This document shows, in pieces, positions 10,629-18,061 of a DNA stretch of 58,973 nucleotides. This DNA comes from Candidatus Gastranaerophilales bacterium (GTDB lineage: Bacteria > Cyanobacteriota > Vampirovibrionia > Gastranaerophilales > Gastranaerophilaceae): NCBI GenBank assembly GCA_947589705.1, contig CANQCO010000001.1, positions 1-58,973 on the forward strand, read 5' to 3'. The stretch's first letter is position 1. The number at the start of each line of letters is the position of its first letter. The notes below the pieces were generated by a model. That model did not search any database. It was not told the DNA's origin and was given only the letters and a program-made list of their open reading frames with translations. Both the position numbers and the translations under genes were made by a program.

Positions 10629-10871
10629 ATGACAACTATGCAGGAAGAAAACTTAATTAATCTGATAGACGGTTATGTTGAAAAAGGCGGACACCATTTA
10701 AACGTAAATGTTTTTAACCGTGAAACATTAATTGACGCACAAAAACACCCTGAGAAATATCCTCAACTGACTGTCAGAGTTTCAGGTTACGCTGTTAATT
10801 TTAATAAATTAACAAAAGAACAGCAGGATGACGTTATCTCAAGAACATTCCATTCTAAAATTAACGGTTAA
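10629..10871 (+). CDS. stand-alone glycyl-radical domain protein (GrcA/YfiD-like, equivalent to the PFL C-terminus)
   Basis: Contains [48 protein letters not shown], matching the PflB/GrcA radical-glycine motif RVSGYAV. AGGAG at 10616-10620 lies 8 nt before ATG 10629. It is in a different frame from the large fragment. Confidence 0.8.
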   Translation: MTTMQEENLINLIDGYVEKGGHHLNVNVFNRETLIDAQKHPEKYPQLTVRVSGYAVNFNKLTKEQQDDVISRTFHSKING

Positions 10872-10880
10872 AGAAGCATA

Positions 10881-11438
10881 ATGTTTTGTCCAAATTGTGG
10901 CAAAGAATATACCGAACTAGACAGAGAATTTTGCGAAAATTGTGGTTATTCTTTAATTAATAACAGTATTATTAAAAACCCCAAAAAACATACAATATAT
11001 AAGTATTGTATATTATTTTTTCTTTTGCTTATTTTAAATATTTTCTTTCTTATAAACAAAGATTATGTAAAAAATTATAATGATAAAATAAATAATTTTA
11101 TATCTCAATATATAAAAGAAGAAAAAAGAGAAAATATAAATAAAACGGAAGATGTTGATTTTACTCCTTATATGCAAAAATTGCAGAATGATATAAAAAG
11201 AAATTGGAATCCGCCGAAAACAAACGAGAGTAGGCATACTGTAGTATTATTTAAAGTATCCAAAACAGGTGAACTTCTAAAATTGGATTTAAAAAAGTCA
11301 TCAGGCTGTGAAGAATGTGACAAAGCAGCTGCTGAAGCCGTAATATACACATCACCGTTTGAGCCGCTGCCCGTGGAGTTTAAAGGTGACAATGTCGATA
11401 TTCATTTTACATTTGACTACAATGTTATTGGAAAATAA
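10881..11438 (+). CDS. membrane-anchored protein: N-terminal zinc ribbon, one TM helix, TonB/TolA C-terminal-like domain
   Basis: CPNCG..(x11)..CENCG zinc ribbon. Hydrophobic stretch YCILFFLLLILNIFFLI. C-terminal Y...L...I...W.PP ... KKSSG.EECDKAAAEAV..TSPFEPLP resembles the TonB_C/TolA_C signature. Confidence 0.5.
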   Translation: MFCPNCGKEYTELDREFCENCGYSLINNSIIKNPKKHTIYKYCILFFLLLILNIFFLINKDYVKNYNDKINNFISQYIKEEKRENINKTEDVDFTPYMQKLQNDIKRNWNPPKTNESRHTVVLFKVSKTGELLKLDLKKSSGCEECDKAAAEAVIYTSPFEPLPVEFKGDNVDIHFTFDYNVIGK

Positions 11439-11441
11439 TAT

Positions 11442-12188
11442 ATGCAAAACATAAATGGGCGTATACATTCAATTGAAACATTTGGCACGGTGGATGGACC
11501 GGGTATAAGGTTTGTTGTATTTATGCAGGGATGTCCTATGCGCTGTTTATACTGCCATAACCCAGATACTTGGGAGTATTCCGATAATAAAGAAATGAGC
11601 GTTTCTGAAATTTTAAAACAGTATGACGGAATAAAAGAATTTTTAAAAAATGGCGGTATAACGGTTACGGGCGGGGAACCATTAGTTCAGATTGATTTTG
11701 TTATTGAACTGTTTAAAGCTGCAAAAGAAAAAAACATACATACAGCCCTTGATACATCGGGTATTTTGTTTGATTGTTCCGATAAATACAATGGACTCAT
11801 TAAATATACCGACCTTGTACTTTTGGATATCAAGCATATTAATAATGAAGAACATATAAAATTAACGAAACATACAAATAAATCCGTTCTTGAATTTGCA
11901 AAATTCCTCTCTCAAAACAATATCCCCATGTGGATAAGGCACGTTATAGTTCCTTCAATTACGGATAAAGAAGAATATTTAAAGGAATTAGGCAGGTTTA
12001 TTTCAACACTAAAAAGTGTAAAAGCACTTGATATATTGCCATACCACGATATGGCAAAAGAAAAATATAAAAAACTAAATATAGATTATCCTTTAAAATC
12101 AATAGCTCCCGCAACTAAGGAAGAAGCCATAAAAGCAAGAGACATAATATTAAAAGAATTAAAAAGGAATCTAACTTTACCCGAATAA
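11442..12188 (+). CDS. pflA: pyruvate formate-lyase activating enzyme (radical SAM)
   Basis: N-terminal G.IHS.ETFGTVDGPGIRFVVFMQGCPMRCLYCHNPDTW is the canonical PflA opening with the CX3CX2C cluster. 248 aa, downstream of pfl. Confidence 0.9.
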   Translation: MQNINGRIHSIETFGTVDGPGIRFVVFMQGCPMRCLYCHNPDTWEYSDNKEMSVSEILKQYDGIKEFLKNGGITVTGGEPLVQIDFVIELFKAAKEKNIHTALDTSGILFDCSDKYNGLIKYTDLVLLDIKHINNEEHIKLTKHTNKSVLEFAKFLSQNNIPMWIRHVIVPSITDKEEYLKELGRFISTLKSVKALDILPYHDMAKEKYKKLNIDYPLKSIAPATKEEAIKARDIILKELKRNLTLPE

Positions 12189-12205
12189 ATACCCGATTAT
12201 AGAAT

Positions 12206-12628
12206 ATGAATTTTTCACAGAGGATTTATCATTGTGATATGGAAAATTCAATTTGGTTTCACAGCTTAAATAAACCTTTTTTAAATCCGCCCGATTGGCT
12301 TTTTGCTCCCGTGTGGACAATTTTATACATTCTTATTGCTATTTCTTTTATACTGTTTATAAGAAGCGGAATGACAAGAGAAAAACTTCTTCCATTAACG
12401 TTTTTCATAATACAAATGGTATTAAATCTTGCATGGTCGCCTGTATTTTTTAAATTGCACAGTATATCAGGTGCTTTGTTTATAATTGTTTTGATGTGGA
12501 TATTTATTCTCCTTACGATAATAACATTTTTTAAACATTCAAAAATAGCGGCATTGTTGCTATTACCGTATCTGTTTTGGGTAAGTTTCGCATTTTACTT
12601 AAATTTTAGTTATTTTGTAATGAACTGA
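12206..12628 (+). CDS. tspO: TspO/MBR family tryptophan-rich sensory protein
   Basis: L.KP...PP.W.F.PVWT.LY.LI motif, about five TM segments, Trp-rich, 140 aa. Confidence 0.7.
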   Translation: MNFSQRIYHCDMENSIWFHSLNKPFLNPPDWLFAPVWTILYILIAISFILFIRSGMTREKLLPLTFFIIQMVLNLAWSPVFFKLHSISGALFIIVLMWIFILLTIITFFKHSKIAALLLLPYLFWVSFAFYLNFSYFVMN

Positions 12629-12662
12629 TTAATATTATATTATACATAGTGTTTTTTAATAA

Positions 12663-12690
12663 TAAATTGATTATATTTGTCTAAAATTGA
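12663..12690. promoter_or_regulatory. direct repeat AAATTGAT x2 with 20-bp period upstream of the MerR-like gene (candidate operator)
   Basis: AAATTGAT at 12663-12670 and 12683-12690, about 60-85 nt upstream of ATG 12750. A short AT-rich repeat, so a chance match is plausible. Confidence 0.2.
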
Positions 12691-12749
12691 TATTTTTAAT
12701 AAATTATCTAGACACTTTAAAAAATTATTAAGTATGTTAAAATATATAT

Positions 12750-13319
12750 ATGGATAATAATTTAAAAATAGCATTTAATACTAATTTTGTTTCTTCTTTG
12801 ACAGGAGCAAGTGTATCTCAGTTAAATTTATGGGATAGAAAAGGACTTGTATCTCCAAGCATTATTAAGTCGTCTGGGAGGGGAACAATCAGACTATATT
12901 CATTTAAAGATATTATTGAAATAAAAACAGTTGTATATTTAAGAGCGAATAAAATTAGCCTATCTAATATAAAACTTGCAATATCATATCTTCAAAATAC
13001 TTTTGATTATTCTTCACCTTTATCAGAGCTATTATTAATTTCTAATGGTCAAGATGTATTATGTGCCCCCGAATCTAAAATTAATATAAATGATTATAGT
13101 GCGAAATGGCTAGCTGCAAATAAAGGTGGTCAGCTTGTAATGCCTTTTGTTGTACCTTTAGGTGCAATAACTCAAACTATTGACGCTGCAATAAAAAAAT
13201 ATAATGAAAGAATAAAAGAAGCTGAAGAACAAGAAGCGAATGGTTCTTTGATTTCATTAGAAGAGATAGAGGGAAGTATTTTTGGTGTATCAAGTAAAAT
13301 TAATAAAAAGCGTGCTTGA
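12750..13319 (+). CDS. MerR-family HTH protein (189 aa), candidate antitoxin/regulator of the downstream RelE-like gene
   Basis: Classic MerR N-terminus: F.SSLTGASVSQLNLWDRKGLVSPS....G.R.YSFKDI.EIK.VVYLR.N.ISL..IK. Its 3' end overlaps the RelE-like ORF. Confidence 0.7.
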   Translation: MDNNLKIAFNTNFVSSLTGASVSQLNLWDRKGLVSPSIIKSSGRGTIRLYSFKDIIEIKTVVYLRANKISLSNIKLAISYLQNTFDYSSPLSELLLISNGQDVLCAPESKININDYSAKWLAANKGGQLVMPFVVPLGAITQTIDAAIKKYNERIKEAEEQEANGSLISLEEIEGSIFGVSSKINKKRA

Positions 13320-13587
13320 TGAAGATATACCAAAATTGAAAAAATCGGGTATTAATTTAGAGGCACTTTATAGGTCAATAAAAAAATTAGAAACTAATCC
13401 TTATGGTAGTTCAAGAGCAAAAACCGGGGATTTGCAAGGAATTAGGGGAATGGATTGGAATAAAGGATATAGAATCCTTTTTAAAATTGATGAAGAAAAA
13501 ATGTTCGTAACTATAATGTCAATTGATAATCATGATGATTCATATAAAAAAGTCAAAAAACGAATTACATCATCTAAAAATATCTAA
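13282..13587 (+). CDS. RelE/ParE-superfamily toxin-like protein
   Basis: About 100 aa. ..DIPKL....(x)..LQGIRGMDWNKGYRILFKIDEEKMFVTIMSIDNHDDSYKK matches the RelE/ParE pattern (G.YR.i%.i......v.i..i.hr...Y). The exact start is uncertain (TTG 13282 or GTG 13285). It overlaps the upstream gene. Confidence 0.7.
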   Translation: MVYQVKLIKSVLDEDIPKLKKSGINLEALYRSIKKLETNPYGSSRAKTGDLQGIRGMDWNKGYRILFKIDEEKMFVTIMSIDNHDDSYKKVKKRITSSKNI

Positions 13588-13610
13588 GTTAATATATAAT
13601 TTCATTTTAT

Positions 13611-14633
13611 TTATTTAATTTCTTCTCTAATATGTTTGTTTATAAATTCATTTAATGCATTTTCACAACAGTATGTAAAATCGACATTATTTCCAAATAT
13701 TTCTTTATATCTATTTTTAATTCTCTCATCAGTATTAATTACATATATATTTACTTGTTTTTCTTTATTACTTAATGCTGAATCAAATAGAAATCTTATG
13801 GATAAATCAGTTACTGGAAATGAAAAACCAATAATATATATTTCATCCGCATTCTTAAGTACATCATATGCATCTGCCCATATACTTTTTAGTATATTGT
13901 GATTATAAAAATTTGTTTTATCAAGTACAGGAGGAATAATGTATGAGGTTAAGTCTTTTCGCAAATATTTGTCTACATTCCCATGTGTCATATATATAGG
14001 ATCAGCAGGATTTGTTCCTGACCAAAGCCAATTTATTGAACCATGTAGTTTATGAATAACTGGGAAATTGTCTTTTCTTTGAAATACTTTGATTGTAAAA
14101 TAATCTCCAAGGCAAGTATACCCTTGTGGTGTTCTTTCGATTATATCAATAATGGCTTGTTTATAAAAATAATTAAAGAATTTGCCGTGAGAATCTTCTT
14201 TAAATAAATAATAAAACAACAATTTTTCTAACAAAGTATCGTAATTTAGTGTAATAGATGTAATTTTGTTATCTATAATATATTTTGCCAAAACATCACT
14301 ATTTTGAAAATCGTACTCGGAGTTAATATCTATATTATTAAAATAATCTGCAATTTTATTTGTAAGTTCAAAATACAATGCTTTATCTAAATGTAACATT
14401 TGTGGATTTTGCCAAGGTAAGTCAGAATACAAATATGTTAATAAATGTTCAATATTATTTTTATATTTTTCTGAAATTTCATTCAAATGGGCATATATAG
14501 AATTTTTTGAGAAGTTATTTAATATTTCATTGGACAAATTTTTTAGTGTAGGGTATTTTTTATTATTGGTTATGCACTGTTGGGCAAGTGCAATTGAAAA
14601 ACCTGCACCAAGAAAAAATGCTTTATTTACCAT
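13611..14633 (-). CDS. stand-alone SIR2-like (SIR2_2 family) protein, putative NAD+-consuming effector
   Basis: Motifs FLGAGFS (GAGxS NAD loop), TLNYDTLLE (TxNYD), KLHGSINW (catalytic His) and IIGFSFPVTD (GxS..D), in the order seen in defence-type SIR2 domains. AGGAG lies 7 nt upstream of the ATG. The ATG lies inside the last codons of the RM gene (11-nt overlap). Confidence 0.75.
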   Translation of the reverse strand: MVNKAFFLGAGFSIALAQQCITNNKKYPTLKNLSNEILNNFSKNSIYAHLNEISEKYKNNIEHLLTYLYSDLPWQNPQMLHLDKALYFELTNKIADYFNNIDINSEYDFQNSDVLAKYIIDNKITSITLNYDTLLEKLLFYYLFKEDSHGKFFNYFYKQAIIDIIERTPQGYTCLGDYFTIKVFQRKDNFPVIHKLHGSINWLWSGTNPADPIYMTHGNVDKYLRKDLTSYIIPPVLDKTNFYNHNILKSIWADAYDVLKNADEIYIIGFSFPVTDLSIRFLFDSALSNKEKQVNIYVINTDERIKNRYKEIFGNNVDFTYCCENALNEFINKHIREEIK

Positions 14634-17436
14634 TTATAATCTCCTGATACATTTTCATTAATTCGGCGACGGTTTCGGATTCTGTCAGCCAATGGTATTT
14701 ACCGTTTTCATCTTTCTTTTTAAAGCCATAAGTTTCCATTACGGCTTTGTCGTTTTCTTGGTGTGCTTTTCTTAACTCTGGCGGCATTGTGAGTTCGTCA
14801 TATAAATCAGCTAAAGAGCAATCGGGATATAGCGCTCTGGCGTCTAAAATAGCTTTTGCAGTGCGCTCTATTTTTGTCTTTTGTTCATCCGTTGGATTAC
14901 ACCAAGGGAAATTATTGTAAACAATAGTATTTGAATATCTGTAATCACTTTTTAATCTACCGCAAACCGCTCTCATCCAAGCCATGTGGACATTAGAAGT
15001 TAAGATACCAAAATGATATATGTTAGAATTTGGAATTATAAAATTTGCATTACTGCTAATACATTCATGTGACATAAATCCTATTGGTATATATTTCCGA
15101 TTTTCAGAAGAATGACTAGGAATTAGTATATATTCAGTTTTTGGCTGTCTTATTTCCATAAATCTTGTAGGATACTCTGCAAATTTTCTAGTAGCCTTTT
15201 TTGAACTTGCCAGTCTTATTTCTTTTACTTTTTTTATTCGGTCTAGTACCAATGGACAATTTTTTAGTTCTGTAGGCGTAGATTCTATTAACCATAGACA
15301 ATATCTATCTTTTTTATTTATAAATTCTTCTGAGCCAATAAATTTTTTTATAAATTTCTTTGCTTGTGGTTCTTTTATTATAAAAGTATTATAATCATCT
15401 GCTTCAATTATTAAATTTCCTCCGTCAACAGGTATGCTTCCTTTTTCCATTATTGGCACATTACATATTGGTTTTTTAATATTGTCTATAAAGATATTAT
15501 TAGCATTTAATAAATATGCATTTATATTATCAACAAGTTGCACTCTTTCACCGGAGAATAATTTTCTTTTATTGTTATTTTGTGCACAACTAAAACCTAC
15601 AATTACACAATGAACATGTGCTTTTGAATTTGATTCACTATCCCAGCGGAATGTTCTATGTGCAAAATCAATATGAATATTGAATCTTTCAAATAATGGT
15701 TTCCAAACACCTGCTACTTGTTCGCCTTGTGTTATAGAATTTGTTGAAACTAAAGCTGTTGATATGTTCTTCCCCCCCCCCCCCGACATAAAATCAGAAG
15801 CTTTATAATACCATCCTGCAACATAATCAATTTTACCTGACGTTTTATATGGTTTTCCTTTTTCATCAACATAAATTGAAAGTATGTCATTTTTTTGTTC
15901 TTTTGATTGCAATGAATATCCTACAAACGGCGGGTTACCCATTATATAATTAAGTTTATCTTTTGATATAACATCTTGCCAATCAATTCTTAGAGCATTT
16001 CCTTCAACAATATTTGCGTATGTTTTGAGTGGCAAGAAGTCTAAATCCATATGAACTATATCTTCTGTTTTTTTCATCATTTGTGATTCAGCTATCCATA
16101 ATGCAGTTTTTGCTACCGTTACGGCGAAATCATTTATTTCAATTCCGTAAAATTGCTGTATGGAAACTTTTATCGGATTAACAATTGAGCCTAAGGTCTT
16201 TTGACCTTTTAAAAGTTCAAATAAAATTTCATTTTCCAATTTCCTTAAAGAAATATAAGTTCCCGTTAAAAAGTTTCCGCTACCACACGCAGGGTCTAAA
16301 AAATTCAAACTTGCAATTTTGTTTTGGAATTCTGATAATTTTTTATCTCTTGCCTTATTATCAGGCAGTTTCTTTATTTCTTCAAATTCTTTATTTAAAT
16401 CATCCATATATAACGGGTCAATTACTTTATGGATATTTTCTATTGAGGTATAGTGCATTCCGCCTTTTCTTCTCGTAACAGGATTTAATGTACTTTCAAA
16501 AACCGCACCGAATATTGTCGGGCTTATTTCAGACCAATCAAAATCAGCACTTGCTTTATTTAAAAGTAATTCTCTAATTTCATCGGTAAAACATGGTATC
16601 TCAATATTTTTATTTGCAAAAAGTCCGCCATTTACATAAGGGAATGCTTTTAATTCAGGCTCTAAATACGGGTCTCTATCTTCAATTTTTGTATTTAATA
16701 TTTGGAATAAATCAATTAAGGCTTTTCTCATGTGGTTTGTATCAAACTGTTTCATATAATCAAGAAACATATCATGTTTGCCGAAAATTCCCGCATCTTC
16801 CGCATACAAACAAAATACTAACCTAACACATAATATATTCAAACTTTTTAGAGTTTCTTCGTTTGTTTTATCAATATACTGATTCAATAAAGCATCATAT
16901 AAAAGCCCGACTATATCTCCGGCTTTTATTGAAACTTCCATTTCTTTTCTTAAATGTTCATTTCCTGTGTCTGTTAAAAAAGACAAACGATAATATTCTT
17001 TTTCTAAATCTTTAAGTAAAATCTCTTGAGGTTCGCCGTTTGGCTGTTCCATATCATATATGCAAAACTTCTTAAAATTAGATATTACAACCCACCTTGG
17101 TTGTTTAGAAAATGGTAATTCGGCTCTATATCTTTTTGCTTGCTGAAATGGAGTTAATAAACTTCCGTCTGATTGTTTAATAGCTTTGTTTAAATCTATC
17201 TTAGAACTTTTTTGTTCAATCAAAACTTTTGTTTCTTCAATATAACCGTCTATAAAACTTGTATGGTCTAATTTTACTTGTTCTTCAAATGTAATAAATT
17301 GTTCAGGATGTTCAACGCCTAAAACATTTCTTAATAATGAAATCCAAAATGGCTGACTTTCTCCCTTTTCGTATCCCTTATCTTTCCAGAAATCAACAAA
17401 TTCTCTAATAGATGTTCTTTGTTTTGAATCCGCCAT
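14623..17436 (-). CDS. MmeI-family type IIL (IIG) restriction-modification enzyme: fused PD-ExK nuclease, N6-adenine methyltransferase and target-recognition domain
   Basis: The N-terminus parallels MmeI: FIDGYIEETKVLIEQKS (D..ExK nuclease motif) and PRWVVISNFKKFCIYDM. SAM motif I is FLDPACGSGNFL. Catalytic motif IV is IMGNPPFVGYS. Followed by VSTNSITQGEQV. 937 aa. Confidence 0.85.
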   Translation of the reverse strand: MADSKQRTSIREFVDFWKDKGYEKGESQPFWISLLRNVLGVEHPEQFITFEEQVKLDHTSFIDGYIEETKVLIEQKSSKIDLNKAIKQSDGSLLTPFQQAKRYRAELPFSKQPRWVVISNFKKFCIYDMEQPNGEPQEILLKDLEKEYYRLSFLTDTGNEHLRKEMEVSIKAGDIVGLLYDALLNQYIDKTNEETLKSLNILCVRLVFCLYAEDAGIFGKHDMFLDYMKQFDTNHMRKALIDLFQILNTKIEDRDPYLEPELKAFPYVNGGLFANKNIEIPCFTDEIRELLLNKASADFDWSEISPTIFGAVFESTLNPVTRRKGGMHYTSIENIHKVIDPLYMDDLNKEFEEIKKLPDNKARDKKLSEFQNKIASLNFLDPACGSGNFLTGTYISLRKLENEILFELLKGQKTLGSIVNPIKVSIQQFYGIEINDFAVTVAKTALWIAESQMMKKTEDIVHMDLDFLPLKTYANIVEGNALRIDWQDVISKDKLNYIMGNPPFVGYSLQSKEQKNDILSIYVDEKGKPYKTSGKIDYVAGWYYKASDFMSGGGGKNISTALVSTNSITQGEQVAGVWKPLFERFNIHIDFAHRTFRWDSESNSKAHVHCVIVGFSCAQNNNKRKLFSGERVQLVDNINAYLLNANNIFIDNIKKPICNVPIMEKGSIPVDGGNLIIEADDYNTFIIKEPQAKKFIKKFIGSEEFINKKDRYCLWLIESTPTELKNCPLVLDRIKKVKEIRLASSKKATRKFAEYPTRFMEIRQPKTEYILIPSHSSENRKYIPIGFMSHECISSNANFIIPNSNIYHFGILTSNVHMAWMRAVCGRLKSDYRYSNTIVYNNFPWCNPTDEQKTKIERTAKAILDARALYPDCSLADLYDELTMPPELRKAHQENDKAVMETYGFKKKDENGKYHWLTESETVAELMKMYQEIINGK
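15772..15784 (-). repeat. homopolymeric tract: C13 on + strand, G13 on the coding strand of the RM gene
   Basis: Counted directly: 9 C at 15772-15780 plus 4 C at 15781-15784. Read on the minus strand as TCG GGG GGG GGG GGG AAG, giving S-G-G-G-G-K. Confidence 0.95.
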
Positions 17437-17479
17437 TCATAAATTCCTTTTTATAACATAGAGTATTATATAGCATATA

Positions 17480-18061
17480 TTAACTGTTTTGTACTAAATT
17501 AAGCAGATTGTTATAAACATCAACAGTTTGATAACAAATGGGTAATTTCCTTTTTAAAAGGCTTTTGATTGTAATTTTAAAGCTTTTTAAAAGAGCTTCA
17601 TCAAGATTATTATTTTTGTTTAAAGCTTTTTCGATTTTTTCACGAAACTTTAGTTCTCTGGTTCTTGTCTCTATTTTATCGGCAATAAAAATAATCTTTT
17701 CAAACTCGCTCATGCCTATTTTGCCTACTGTATGCCACCTGATGGAAGAAAGTATTTCTTCATCATCAACGCCCCAGTCTTTTTTTGCAATTATAGCGCC
17801 GACAGGTGCATGCCAAGTTTTTTCACTTAATTTTTCGCAATCTTCAAAATTATCTTTGTATTTTAAAAGTTCATCTTTAGGGAAACATTTTGCGCAGTCA
17901 TGCAACAGCCCTGCCAGTTGAGCCTTTTTAACATCGCAGTTAAATTTTTGCGCAAGCTCAACTGCTTTTTCCATTGTACCTATTGAATGAAGATAGCGTT
18001 CTTCAGACAGTATTTCTTTTAATTTTTCTTTTATTTCTTCAATACTATATTTTATATACAT
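17480..18061 (-). CDS. yqeK: HD-domain bis(5'-nucleosyl)-tetraphosphatase YqeK
   Basis: RY.HS.GT...A.ELA..(x)..AGLLHDCAK HD motif, about 190 aa, immediately after nadD as in the conserved nadD-yqeK pair. ATG 18061 is preferred over the TTG at 18085 in the ORF track. Confidence 0.75.
   Translation of the reverse strand: MYIKYSIEEIKEKLKEILSEERYLHSIGTMEKAVELAQKFNCDVKKAQLAGLLHDCAKCFPKDELLKYKDNFEDCEKLSEKTWHAPVGAIIAKKDWGVDDEEILSSIRWHTVGKIGMSEFEKIIFIADKIETRTRELKFREKIEKALNKNNNLDEALLKSFKITIKSLLKRKLPICYQTVDVYNNLLNLVQNS

Noticed and set aside
10555-10640. The pflB split as a simple sequencing frameshift or a stop-codon readthrough.
   Set aside because: The two ORFs are separated by about 75-90 nt of extra, partly duplicated sequence relative to E. 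coli PflB. The second ORF has its own AGGAG-N8-ATG. A one-base correction cannot restore a normal PFL C-terminus. An assembly artefact cannot be fully excluded without reads.
12629-17479. Possible direct repeats or att-like sites flanking the defence island (TATACATAGTGT near 12642 versus TATAACATAGAGT near 17452).
   Set aside because: The match is only about 11 of 13 nt and imperfect, in very AT-rich intergenic DNA. No integrase or transposase is present. This is too weak to call a target-site duplication.
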